The notes beneath the pieces were generated by a model that made no database searches, was not told where the DNA came from, and worked only from the letters and a program-made list of their open reading frames with translations. Positions 28,698-38,857 of a DNA stretch of 64,000 bases are shown here, one piece after another (positions within the stretch are counted from its first letter, which is position 1; each line of letters starts with the position of its first letter). The DNA lies in the NCBI GenBank assembly GCA_963677485.1, contig OY781964.1, positions 3,872,001 to 3,936,000 of the forward strand. Reading direction: 5' to 3'. The translations under genes and the position numbers were made by a program. Origin of the DNA: Armatimonadota bacterium. GTDB lineage: Bacteria; Armatimonadota; HRBIN16.

Positions 28698-30545
28698 ATG
28701 GCAGTAGTCCGAAAAAGCCTTGCCGACTATCTCGTAGAGAAGGGTTATGTAAGCCGAGACAATATGGCGAACGCCCAGAAGATTCAGAAGAGCACTGGCG
28801 GAGAGCTTGGACGGATCCTCATCGAGAACCAGTTGGCGACACCCGCTCAGGTAGCTGAAGCGAAGGCTCATGAGCTGGGCATTCCCTACGTGGATCTGCG
28901 TGCGTTCAAGATCGATCCCGCCGCTGTGAGCACGATTTCCGAAAGAATTGCACGGCAGCATAAGGTCCTTCCGATTCGTAAAGACGGCAACGTGCTTATC
29001 GTGGCCATGTCAGACACCAACAACGTCGGTGCTTACGATGACCTTAGGCTCGTGACCCGCTGTACTATCCGGCCGGCCCTTGCCAGTCCGGATGCTATCG
29101 AAGAAGCAATCGCCAGAGTATACGCTTCGGCGGTTGTGGGCACTTTGCCCGGAACTCCGGCTACAACTACGGGTCAGCCTGTGGCCCCCGCACCGGCGGC
29201 ACCAGCAGTACCTACCTCTGCAGTGGCCAATGCACCTGCCGTGTCGTCTGGAGCATCGATGTCCAGCGCTATCGGTAATGTGAAGGCTGATGTGGCGACC
29301 TTTGGCTTCGGTGATGATGCTGATGCAGAAGATACAGAAGCGGCTCGCCGTGTGGCTGAAGAAGCCCCGATCGTCCGTATCGCTAACACCATCATTCAGC
29401 AAGCTGTGCGCGAACGTGCCTCTGACATCCATGTGGAGCCTCAAGAGCGCGGCGTCCGGGTAAGGTACCGAATCGACGGTGTGCTACACGAAGTCATGAC
29501 CGTTCCTCGACACGTGCAAAGCCCGCTCATTTCGCGATATAAGATTATGTCCGACATGAACATCGCTGAGCGCCGTGTACCTCAGGACGGACGTATCGCT
29601 GTCCGTGTTGATGGAGCCGACTTCGACCTTCGTGTCAGTTCTATTCCTGTCCACCTTACTTCAGGGCAGTCTGAAAAGATCGTCATGCGTATCTTGGATA
29701 AGAACAGCGTGTTAATCGGTCTTGATAAACTTGGCTTCCTGCCCGATGTTCAAGCCCAATTGGAGGAGCTGGTGATTCAGCCTAACGGAATGGTGCTCTG
29801 CACCGGCCCGACTGGTTCTGGTAAAACCACCACGCTTTACTCAGTTCTCAATAAACTGAACTCCGTTGAGAAGAACATTGTGACCATTGAAGACCCGGTA
29901 GAATACCAGCTTCCTGGTATCTCCCAGGTTCAGGTGAACAAGAAGGCCGGACTGAACTTTGGCATCGCCTTGCGTGCCTTCCTCCGACAGGACCCTGACA
30001 TCATCATGGTCGGAGAGATGCGTGACCTTGAGACCTCTTCTATCGCCATTGAATCTTCACTAACGGGACACCTCGTGCTCTCCACTCTTCACACCAACGA
30101 CGCTCCGTCTGCGGTTATTCGTATGGTAGACATGGGAGTTGAGCCCTTTTTGATCTCCGCGACCGTAATTTGCGTCCTTGCCCAGCGTTTGGCTCGTCGA
30201 ATATGTAAGGACTGCAAAGAAGAGTATCAAGCACCTGCAACTGTTCTTCGAAGATTCGGCTTCCGGCCGGAGAATCCAGACCAGATGGTGACACTCTACC
30301 GTGGACGCGGTTGCGACAGTTGCCGTAATACAGGCTTCCGAGGACGCTTGGGCATTCATGAGATGATGCGTATGAACGACGAAATTGCTGAACTCATTGC
30401 CCGACGTGCACCATTGGCCGACATCCGTGATGCGGCTAAAGCTTATGGCATGATGGAGCTCCGCGAAGATGGTCTGAAGAAGGTTCTTTTGGGATATACC
30501 ACTCCAGAAGAGGTTATGTCCGTCGTATTCACCGCGGGACGCTAA
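28698..30545 (+). CDS. pilB: Type IV pilus assembly ATPase PilB/GspE
   Basis: ASDIH, PQDGR, GPTGSGKTTT, EDPVE, LRQDPD, CxxC...GCxxC; Pro/Ala-rich linker. Confidence 0.95.
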   Translation: MAVVRKSLADYLVEKGYVSRDNMANAQKIQKSTGGELGRILIENQLATPAQVAEAKAHELGIPYVDLRAFKIDPAAVSTISERIARQHKVLPIRKDGNVLIVAMSDTNNVGAYDDLRLVTRCTIRPALASPDAIEEAIARVYASAVVGTLPGTPATTTGQPVAPAPAAPAVPTSAVANAPAVSSGASMSSAIGNVKADVATFGFGDDADAEDTEAARRVAEEAPIVRIANTIIQQAVRERASDIHVEPQERGVRVRYRIDGVLHEVMTVPRHVQSPLISRYKIMSDMNIAERRVPQDGRIAVRVDGADFDLRVSSIPVHLTSGQSEKIVMRILDKNSVLIGLDKLGFLPDVQAQLEELVIQPNGMVLCTGPTGSGKTTTLYSVLNKLNSVEKNIVTIEDPVEYQLPGISQVQVNKKAGLNFGIALRAFLRQDPDIIMVGEMRDLETSSIAIESSLTGHLVLSTLHTNDAPSAVIRMVDMGVEPFLISATVICVLAQRLARRICKDCKEEYQAPATVLRRFGFRPENPDQMVTLYRGRGCDSCRNTGFRGRLGIHEMMRMNDEIAELIARRAPLADIRDAAKAYGMMELREDGLKKVLLGYTTPEEVMSVVFTAGR

Positions 30546-30589
30546 CCAGCGTTCCGCATCCGTATCGAACCATCTAGGGAGTAATTAGT

Positions 30590-31786
30590 TTGGAAAGCAA
30601 TCAGCCCGATGCCCAGACTCCAATAGGAGCTCCAGGCGCTGCCTCTTCTCGTACGAATAAACTCGACGACACGCATCTCGATGAGTTGCTGCGAATCCTG
30701 GTAGAAAAGAATGGTTCTGACCTTCATCTGTGTGTGGGTGTTCCGCCTATCCTTCGTGTAGATGGTAAGCTTCAACCCACTAACTATGATAAGGCGACCG
30801 CTCAGTTATGCCAGCGTCTGGTTTATGACATTCTATCTGACGAGCAGATTCAACGTTTTGAGTCCTCTATGGAGCTTGACTTTTCCTATCAAATGCAGAA
30901 GATTGCACGCTTTCGTGTAAATGTCTTCCGCGATCGTGGCTCGGTAGCTGCTGCATTCCGACTGATTGCTACCCGTATTCCTACGATCAAAGACTTAAAG
31001 CTGCCGGGTATTCTTGAGGACTTAACTCGAATTCCCCGTGGATTGATCCTGGTGACAGGGCCTACAGGTTCTGGTAAGTCCACCACATTGGCCGCTATGA
31101 TCAACCAGATCAATACGGAACGAAGCTGCCACATCGTGACAGTCGAGGACCCTATTGAATACCTTCACCAGCACAGATTTAGTGTCATCAACCAGCGTGA
31201 GTTGGGACAGGATACCAAATCTTTCACCAATGCTCTGCGCGCCGTTCTTCGAGAAGACCCAGATGTCATTCTGGTTGGAGAAATGCGTGACACAGAGACG
31301 ATCCACCTGGCCATTACCGCTGCCGAAACCGGACACCTTGTGATGGCCACCCTACACACCAACTCTGCCGCGCAAACCATCGACCGTATGGTTGACGTGT
31401 TCCCTCCTGGGCAGCAGGAGCAGGTGCGTGTGCAGTTGTCAAACTCACTACAAGCGGTTGTGTGCCAGCAGTTGCTGCCAAAAGCAGGACAGCCGGGACG
31501 CGTACCCGTCAACGAGATCATGATTGTGACCCCGGCCATCCGAAACCTCGTCCGCGAGGCCAAGGCTCACCAGATCACATCCATGATCCAGACTAGCGGC
31601 GCCATGGGGATGATAACCATGGATCAATGCTTGCGTGACCTGTATCAAAAGGGCTTGATCACTATGGAAGTGGCCATGAACGCAGCCATATCACCTGACG
31701 AACTAAAGAAACTCATTAGCTCCGATGCCTTGACTGGACAATCCGGTACTACAAACACCGGTTCGTCTCGTCCTGGTGCTCGGTAA
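30590..31786 (+). CDS. pilT: Type IV pilus retraction ATPase
   Basis: GPTGSGKSTTLAA, LREDPD, AETGHL, AIRNLVRE. Confidence 0.96.
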   Translation: MESNQPDAQTPIGAPGAASSRTNKLDDTHLDELLRILVEKNGSDLHLCVGVPPILRVDGKLQPTNYDKATAQLCQRLVYDILSDEQIQRFESSMELDFSYQMQKIARFRVNVFRDRGSVAAAFRLIATRIPTIKDLKLPGILEDLTRIPRGLILVTGPTGSGKSTTLAAMINQINTERSCHIVTVEDPIEYLHQHRFSVINQRELGQDTKSFTNALRAVLREDPDVILVGEMRDTETIHLAITAAETGHLVMATLHTNSAAQTIDRMVDVFPPGQQEQVRVQLSNSLQAVVCQQLLPKAGQPGRVPVNEIMIVTPAIRNLVREAKAHQITSMIQTSGAMGMITMDQCLRDLYQKGLITMEVAMNAAISPDELKKLISSDALTGQSGTTNTGSSRPGAR

Positions 31787-31806
31787 GGCAACTAGGAGGC
31801 TAAACT

Positions 31807-33030
31807 ATGCCAGCATTTGCCTATTCATTCCGCGATTCCCAAGGTGTTGTACGACAGGGAACAAGTGAAGCGGAAACTCCAGATGTACTAAAGCAGCGTC
31901 TGGAAGAGCAAGGGTTTACCGTTGTCGAAATCAAACAGGTTCGCACACGCCCGAAATTCCAATTTGGACGAGTGAACCTGAAAGACTTGTCGCTATTCTG
32001 TCGCCAGTTTTCCACGATGGTGGATGCCGGCGTAAGCTTGGTACGCTGTTTGGATGTACTGTCATCACAGACAGCCAGTCCAACCCTTCGTAAGGTTCTG
32101 CGTGAAATCCAGGCAGAAGTGGAAAGTGGACAGAGCCTTTCCAAATCGATGGCGAAATATCCGGGGATATTCAACAACTTATTTGTTGGACTTATCCGCG
32201 CAGGTGAAGTCGGAGGCGTCTTGGAGGAATCCCTCCAACGACTAGCCGCCTTCTTGGAATCTGACGTGGAACTTCGTCGTAAGGTAAAGTCCGCTATGAC
32301 ATACCCTGTCATCGTGGTTGTGGCCGCTTTGAGTATCGTGGGCTTCCTGGTCACGTTCATCCTGCCGAAGTTCTTTGATCTCTTCAAGGACTTAGGAATC
32401 AAGGAAGACCAGTTCCCGGCCATGACTAAGGCGTTGATGGACATCTCGAACTTCATGGTCCAACGCTGGTACTTCGCAACATTAGGTTTCATAGTGTTTG
32501 CGATTGCCTTCAAGGCGTTGATCTCGACCAAGTTTGGACGTCGAGCGTTCGACCTGGTCAAGTTGAAGGCTCCTGTATTTGGTCCACTTAACCACCGCGT
32601 CGCCATCGCCCGGTTCGCCCGGACCCTTGGTACGCTGCTGAGTTCTGGTGTGCCTATTCTTGGTGCGCTTGAGACAGTGGCCGGCACGGTGTCCAACGAG
32701 ATGATCTCCGAAGCGATTATGGAAGCCCGTGCTCGTATCCGTGAGGGAGACCGAATAGGACCCCCACTGGAGAAGAGTGGGCTTTTCCCTCCCATGGTTG
32801 TACACATGGTGTCCATTGGTGAGGAGTCTGGTGCATTAGACTCGATGCTGGAGAAGGTAGCTGAGTTCTACGAATCTGAAGTAGACGCAGCTTTGGCTTC
32901 ACTGACATCGGCGATTGAACCTGTGCTGATTGTTTTCCTTGGAGGCATGGTCGGGTTCATCGTTGTGGCGGTTATGCTGCCGCTGTCATCTCTAATTGCC
33001 AACCTGTCCGGTGGAAGTGGGGATGAGTAA
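31807..33030 (+). CDS. pilC: Type IV pilus platform protein PilC/GspF
   Basis: FCRQFSTM, GEVGG, AMTYP, GEESG, IEP. Confidence 0.95.
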   Translation: MPAFAYSFRDSQGVVRQGTSEAETPDVLKQRLEEQGFTVVEIKQVRTRPKFQFGRVNLKDLSLFCRQFSTMVDAGVSLVRCLDVLSSQTASPTLRKVLREIQAEVESGQSLSKSMAKYPGIFNNLFVGLIRAGEVGGVLEESLQRLAAFLESDVELRRKVKSAMTYPVIVVVAALSIVGFLVTFILPKFFDLFKDLGIKEDQFPAMTKALMDISNFMVQRWYFATLGFIVFAIAFKALISTKFGRRAFDLVKLKAPVFGPLNHRVAIARFARTLGTLLSSGVPILGALETVAGTVSNEMISEAIMEARARIREGDRIGPPLEKSGLFPPMVVHMVSIGEESGALDSMLEKVAEFYESEVDAALASLTSAIEPVLIVFLGGMVGFIVVAVMLPLSSLIANLSGGSGDE

Positions 33031-34033
33031 TGAGGCTCTACGCGCCATGCCATATTGGTATGGCGCAAGCCTCCTTATCCTTTTTGGGGTGACGATAGGA
33101 AGCTTTCTTAATGTGCTGATCTATCGGTTACCCAGAGGCATATCAATCGTTACACCTCGGTCACACTGTCCGAGGTGTAAGCATGTTCTAGCAGAGCGGG
33201 ACTTAGTCCCGCTCTTAAGCTGGATGGTGCAGGGCGGGAAATGCCGTTATTGCAAAACCCCCATCAGCCCGCGTTATATGCTGGTAGAAGCTCTGACCGG
33301 AGTTTTGTTTTGGGGTGCATTTCATAGGTTTGGATATAGTATAGCGTTAATACCAACTTGCATATTCATGTCATGCCTGGTAGCTGCTTTTTTTATTGAC
33401 ATGGAATGCTACATCATACCAGACAGCCTGAATTTCGTTGCGTTGATGTGTGGGGCTTTCGTGGGTATGACCCAGGGAACTTACGCTAGCTGGGCTGTTG
33501 GGGGATGGTATCCTCCGCTTTGGCTGATCTCTTCGACGGTATCAGTCGGTGTGTTTGCACTTATTACGATCATTGGTCGTGCCGTTTTTGGGCGTGATGC
33601 CATGGGGTTTGGTGACCTTAAATTGGCAAGGGCGATTGGGGCACTATTACCGTTAATGCTGGCGATGTTTTCTTACGCTGTTGCGGTCGTACTCGGTACT
33701 GTATTTGGCATCGCCCTGGTAGTCCGTAACCGTCGAAAGATGGCGGTGGAAACTAAAGAATCGTCCGCTTCATCTGGCGATGTACCATTAAGCATCTGGC
33801 AGACGGTCTGGTACAGTCTGGCGGTGCTGTTTTGGGTTGATATGGTGTTAGATTTTATAGCCTGGATCAACCGGAAGGCTGTAGAACCTGAGGATACAGA
33901 AGAAGTAACTGGACCAACCATATTGCCTTTTGGCCCTTGTATGGTAATGGGAGCATTCTGTATGATCTTTTTCGGTGATACCTTCGTTACCCTGTGGTCT
34001 ACCTACATTAGGTGGGCAACAGGTGGTCAATAG
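33023..34033 (+). CDS. pilD: Prepilin peptidase (A24) with C-terminal insertion
   Basis: GSFLNVLIYRLP, CPRC, CRYC, IDxxxxIIPD, MGFGDLKL, PFGP. Confidence 0.93.
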   Translation: MSNEALRAMPYWYGASLLILFGVTIGSFLNVLIYRLPRGISIVTPRSHCPRCKHVLAERDLVPLLSWMVQGGKCRYCKTPISPRYMLVEALTGVLFWGAFHRFGYSIALIPTCIFMSCLVAAFFIDMECYIIPDSLNFVALMCGAFVGMTQGTYASWAVGGWYPPLWLISSTVSVGVFALITIIGRAVFGRDAMGFGDLKLARAIGALLPLMLAMFSYAVAVVLGTVFGIALVVRNRRKMAVETKESSASSGDVPLSIWQTVWYSLAVLFWVDMVLDFIAWINRKAVEPEDTEEVTGPTILPFGPCMVMGAFCMIFFGDTFVTLWSTYIRWATGGQ

Positions 34034-34100
34034 TACACAACGGGGAACTGTCTATCGGGCCAAGGCGTCCAATAAGCAGACAAGAAAGGAAGGCGAAAAT

Positions 34101-34925
34101 ATGCGCTCCTTCAAAATGAATAATCGGGGATTTACGATGGTGGAACTACTCACCGTCATCGCCATCATCGCTATTTTGGCAGCGATTCTATTCCCTGTGT
34201 TTTCCACAGCTCAAGAGAAGGCCCGCCAAGCCTCGTGCATGGCGAACATGAACCAAATCCAGCAGGCACTGAAGATGTACAAGCTGGACGAGAGGGTTTA
34301 TCCTGAGATGCTGGTTGGCCCGGTCTTTACTAATAGTAATGGCTCGCTGATGGAATTTTCGCGTATACAATACGGCTTCCTAATGAAAGCATACGTGAAG
34401 GACCATACCATCTTTCATTGCCCTAATAACAGCTCCAGGAGCGGCATGGATGTCACCCCTGAGATGCGAATCTTGCGGCCTGACCCCAATGATGATAACA
34501 ACCGCACCTATGGGAGCAGCACCGACTACTACGGCATTACTTATCAAGTAAATGGAATCACAGCTTATACTTATGCATTTGAAAGCTATAGCGTGGGTAA
34601 AGAGTGTGACGGCAGTTTTACGGAGAAGTATAATGTCTATCGGCCGTACATGCCTGTAGCAAATAATGGTGCCTACGAGAGCGGCAAGTCTGATGATATG
34701 TGTCAACTGCAGTATAACAATCCTCCTGAAAACACTATCGTAACCTGGTGTACTAGTCACCGTAACTGTAACGGGTTACTGCCTGCTCCCCAAAGCTTCG
34801 ACCTCGTACTGCTTCTCAATGGGTCTGTCAAACGCGTGGACAGCATGCAGATGCTCACTCGCTCAAACGGCAACGACCCTAACTACAATGCAGATGGCAA
34901 CAACGAGCTTTGGTGTCTGAAGTAG
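34101..34925 (+). CDS. Type IV pilin/pseudopilin with DUF1559-type N-terminus
   Basis: RG|FTMVELLTVIAIIAILAAILFPVF..A.EKARQASC..N..QI; AGGA RBS before ATG 34101. Confidence 0.88.
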   Translation: MRSFKMNNRGFTMVELLTVIAIIAILAAILFPVFSTAQEKARQASCMANMNQIQQALKMYKLDERVYPEMLVGPVFTNSNGSLMEFSRIQYGFLMKAYVKDHTIFHCPNNSSRSGMDVTPEMRILRPDPNDDNNRTYGSSTDYYGITYQVNGITAYTYAFESYSVGKECDGSFTEKYNVYRPYMPVANNGAYESGKSDDMCQLQYNNPPENTIVTWCTSHRNCNGLLPAPQSFDLVLLLNGSVKRVDSMQMLTRSNGNDPNYNADGNNELWCLK

Positions 34926-34988
34926 TCATACTGTTGGATGGCAAAGACAACCAAGCTATTGTGCAGGGATGCAGGGAGGCGAACTAAG

Positions 34989-36848
34989 ATGAAATGGAGC
35001 CAAATGCGAAGCAAACGCGGATCGACTCTGATAGAAGTATTGGCGGCGATTGCGGTCTTGGCCCTCGGTATCTTGGCGCTTCTACGAGTATTCCCTGCGG
35101 GATTTGCACTGACAAAGAATGCTGAGAACCGAACTCTGGCGGTATCACTCATCCGGCAGGAGATGGAGCACTGGAAAAATAACGCTGCTTCACTACCCAA
35201 GTCCGTGATGCCTGTGTTCGTTGATGCGACAGGCGATTTGGTCTACCAGCCCAATGTGCATCCCGACCGAATGACTCTGACAGCCGACGAGAAAGCGCAG
35301 TTAGCAGCCCTCAACATAGACCCCTATTGGTTTGAAGGAGCTAACCGCTTCCGACGCGTATACGGAGAAGCGGCGCGTATACCTGTACCTACACCTATCA
35401 ACTACGGTCTAGGAACTCAGCAGGGCGGGCTCTACATCATGATGACAGGCCCCGTCTATTACCGCGAGTATCGTAATGGCGGCACATTGAACGGCAGTAA
35501 CATCAACGTGCATGGCGGTGCGATGCGACGGCTGCAGTTCGATACTGACGAACGCACTCCTAGGCTGCGAAATGCCAGGGATTACGCTATCAACTACGAC
35601 ACAAACAGCGATTCACAGTATGAAGATGTGAGTATCTATGTTTACCCTGTCAAATATTCACGAATCTATACCATAAATTTTGACTACTACTCTGCTCAGA
35701 CCGGCAAAAGCAGGCTGTATTCAGCGAACAAGTCTTTTGAAGTAGGGCCGAATGAAAGTGGCCCTATCAATTTGGACACTGAACCGAGCAAAGACGGAAA
35801 AACCGTGATGGAATCTGGCTGGGAGATGCGATGGGGCAGTGAAGAGCTCAGCCGCGAGTTCCGTCAACTGGACGCGACCGCTCCAGCGGGAAGTGCTGAT
35901 GCCGACTGGTCTGATGACCCATATGAATATAAGATACTGCCCGTAGGCGATATCGCCACGATAGCCACCGGGATTACCGTGAGTGCTGGCGAAGCGAATG
36001 ATACTGCGAATGTTGGTGTCATCTTGTTTAACCCACTCGGGCGTGACTATGTGGAGCGCACTGCACGCGGAGCCGTCCCGCTGACAGCTTACATTGACTA
36101 CGATGTGATGGACTGGCGCGTCATACGTGAAGACCGCCTGGTTACGGGTGTTCCATCCGACATCAAGTTAACTTTGGGTCATATCAAAACGCGCGGAAGC
36201 TTCGACGAAAACAACGTAAGGTATCGCGGCATTGTCCATGGTGTCTCATCGCCAGACTTTGTGGCCGTGAACCTGACCACAGGGACGACCTTACAACCTC
36301 GAACACCTGCAAATCCCAATGGGGATTACGAGGTAGATTATCGGTCAGGTGTGGTGAAGATGCTGAACGATTCGGTAGTGAATGCCAATGTGAGGTTCTA
36401 CTATCAGGCCGAAGATGATTGGGGTATTCAGCTCATCAAGCCTTTCGACCTTTACAGAGAGCGTCTTAGCCCTAGCCTTTCCCAGCGTGAGTTCTATGTT
36501 GGTGGAAGCGATAATGGTGTTGGTAATTCTACCCGTATATACTTCCCGATTACGGATGCCAACAAGAGCGTGAGTATCTCTGAGATACATTACGTAAATT
36601 CAAGCGGCACCATTATCACGTTGCAGGATGTTCCGTTCCAGATCAGTCCTCAAACCGACAACACTGGTCTGTGTTGGGTGAATGTGAAGGCGATAGCGCC
36701 AGACATGGATACATTCGATTTCGATAGTTACGGATATGCTGTTCGTGGCGTGACCGGTACCTCCTTCAAGGTCAGAGCGATCTGGTATGAAGACGGCCGG
36801 GTGCGCATGCGTGACCTCGAAACGATGTTAGTCAGGGAGGCTGAATGA
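34989..36848 (+). CDS. Oversized PilV-like minor pilin (~620 aa)
   Basis: KRG|STLIEVLAAIAVLALGILAL; GGGAGG RBS before ATG 34989. Confidence 0.8.
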   Translation: MKWSQMRSKRGSTLIEVLAAIAVLALGILALLRVFPAGFALTKNAENRTLAVSLIRQEMEHWKNNAASLPKSVMPVFVDATGDLVYQPNVHPDRMTLTADEKAQLAALNIDPYWFEGANRFRRVYGEAARIPVPTPINYGLGTQQGGLYIMMTGPVYYREYRNGGTLNGSNINVHGGAMRRLQFDTDERTPRLRNARDYAINYDTNSDSQYEDVSIYVYPVKYSRIYTINFDYYSAQTGKSRLYSANKSFEVGPNESGPINLDTEPSKDGKTVMESGWEMRWGSEELSREFRQLDATAPAGSADADWSDDPYEYKILPVGDIATIATGITVSAGEANDTANVGVILFNPLGRDYVERTARGAVPLTAYIDYDVMDWRVIREDRLVTGVPSDIKLTLGHIKTRGSFDENNVRYRGIVHGVSSPDFVAVNLTTGTTLQPRTPANPNGDYEVDYRSGVVKMLNDSVVNANVRFYYQAEDDWGIQLIKPFDLYRERLSPSLSQREFYVGGSDNGVGNSTRIYFPITDANKSVSISEIHYVNSSGTIITLQDVPFQISPQTDNTGLCWVNVKAIAPDMDTFDFDSYGYAVRGVTGTSFKVRAIWYEDGRVRMRDLETMLVREAE

Positions 36849-38848
36849 TGAAGCCCACGAGAGCTTATAACATAGCGGCAAATCGGGCCTTTACTTTGAT
36901 GGAACTGTTGGTGGTCATCGCGATCACTAGCATCCTCATGGGGATTATCATCAAGCCGATGATTGATACTTTCAACATGACTCAGCGTGTGCAAAAGATT
37001 GCAGATGCACAGAGTCAGGGGCGTTTGATCATCGCTCAGATCACGCGTGAAATGCAGGATGCGACCTACATCTTTGATAATAGCCTGGTATTCAACCCGT
37101 ACAGGAAACCGGCTGGCGATGCACTAAAAAGGGACGCTACGATCCTGGTTCAAGTGCCCAATCCTAACGATGGTTTGCTGGACAGCTTCTGTCTGCCATT
37201 TGCCAAGCTTGACATGGCGTTTGCCGTGAAGAAGACGGATTTGACAGCTACCCAGGTTGATCCGACAGATGGGTCACCGTATATTCCCCCGACTCGTCGG
37301 GCGGACCAGGAACCATATCTTCCGTTGCGGCAAAGCATGAAGATTGTGCGCTATTTTGTGGGTCTTCGCGACCCCTATAACCCGTATTACAACCGCAGCC
37401 AAATGGGCCGACAGAAGGCCGATAATCCCTATGTGCTGTGGCGTGCGGAGTTCTGGCTATACAACCCTGAGGATGGCTCACCCAACACCGCACTTTTTGA
37501 TCTGCTTGATGGGCAGCCTGTTCTCAACGACCCTGCTTTTTTCCAGAACACGGACACCGCACCTGCGAAAGTCGCTGGAGCAAGAGATATCAACGGGGAT
37601 GGCCGGATCAGTTATCTTGAAAACTGGATGGCGGTCAGCCGCGTTATCACCCAGTCAACAGGCGTGGATTTGATCTCAATCGGTCGTGACGCCCGGACGA
37701 AACAGATCCAAGTGGATTTGAATCCTGGACCAATGCAGGGGCGCATCTTTTCAGTAAGCTCTTTGATTAAGTTTACTCCTGAGATGATGGCTGGAGATGC
37801 TGCAGTGCCAGGGCAGGATGACGATGCTGCCAATGAAGCTGCTAGTGTAACCAGCGGGTCGATAAGAATGCCGCCTGCGATATACAAGACGAAGCATGGC
37901 AGTTGGACTTGGCCTGCCAATATAGTTCTCTTCCGCAGCGCGCCAGAAAGTCCTTCGGCCAACCAAAACCTGGATTACTACAAGACGATTGTGTATACAG
38001 GCAGTGCTAACGGCGGATGGCGAGCAGGGGACACCGTGATATCGCGTGTTCAAGAATCTGGTGGGAATACCTCAGAAGAACCTGTATTTAGCGTCAGCCT
38101 GGCTCAACGTCTCCGTGACTCCGGTTGTTTTGACCCTAACACCTATCAAGACAACCCATGCCAGACGATTGGTGACCCATTCCACAGTAGTGTCAGCCCT
38201 TCGGTCAAACCGGGTTCTCGGAGTTGGAATAACTTGATCCACGCTTTAGGGTTCCTTGCAGATGCAGGTTCGGGAGATATCAACTTTTCGTTACCTAGCA
38301 TGTTGTTGAACGCCAACCGCGACCCAGAGATCAAGGTGGCCGTGGATGATATCACGACATACGATGAAAGCGGACGACGCTATTTCATGCTGGACCGAGA
38401 CAAAAGCGCCAAACCGACGGGGCTCGGAGCTTTGAACGATGTCACGATTGTTCCCGGCACTGAGCGGGTGTTTGGGCCTGATATGCAGCCAGGGGCCGGT
38501 TACGGCCACAAGATCAGGTATGCCCGAGTGCCGTTTGGCAGTGGACGGATACCCGTCAACTGCTATCGAATACAGTATGCGCAGATGGGTGATAAAGATG
38601 CTGACCCATCATTACAAATAGGCTTCGTGCAGCTAAACAACGAAACACCTTTGGATACAGTGGCAGGTACTGAGTTCTCTGTCAGCTTCAACTTCCAGAC
38701 GAATAAGGCCACGGATGTGGTACGCGCAGACTATATGTCGCGTTCTGCGATGACGATAGCTCTGACCATGCGATTGTTTGACCGGCTGGGAAATCCTGCC
38801 GAGATTTCGCTGGGTAACACAGTGAAAATCCGCAATATATTACAATAA
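36845..38848 (+). CDS. Oversized PilW-like minor pilin (667 aa)
   Basis: RA|FTLMELLVVIAITSILMG; terminal VKIRN; DINGDGRISYLE calcium-loop-like motif. Confidence 0.8.
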   Translation: MMKPTRAYNIAANRAFTLMELLVVIAITSILMGIIIKPMIDTFNMTQRVQKIADAQSQGRLIIAQITREMQDATYIFDNSLVFNPYRKPAGDALKRDATILVQVPNPNDGLLDSFCLPFAKLDMAFAVKKTDLTATQVDPTDGSPYIPPTRRADQEPYLPLRQSMKIVRYFVGLRDPYNPYYNRSQMGRQKADNPYVLWRAEFWLYNPEDGSPNTALFDLLDGQPVLNDPAFFQNTDTAPAKVAGARDINGDGRISYLENWMAVSRVITQSTGVDLISIGRDARTKQIQVDLNPGPMQGRIFSVSSLIKFTPEMMAGDAAVPGQDDDAANEAASVTSGSIRMPPAIYKTKHGSWTWPANIVLFRSAPESPSANQNLDYYKTIVYTGSANGGWRAGDTVISRVQESGGNTSEEPVFSVSLAQRLRDSGCFDPNTYQDNPCQTIGDPFHSSVSPSVKPGSRSWNNLIHALGFLADAGSGDINFSLPSMLLNANRDPEIKVAVDDITTYDESGRRYFMLDRDKSAKPTGLGALNDVTIVPGTERVFGPDMQPGAGYGHKIRYARVPFGSGRIPVNCYRIQYAQMGDKDADPSLQIGFVQLNNETPLDTVAGTEFSVSFNFQTNKATDVVRADYMSRSAMTIALTMRLFDRLGNPAEISLGNTVKIRNILQ

Positions 38849-38857
38849 GGGCGTGCC

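Noticed and set aside
31821-32816. 331-aa antisense ORF inside pilC
   Set aside because: Ser/Thr/Arg-rich shadow frame of a conserved gene
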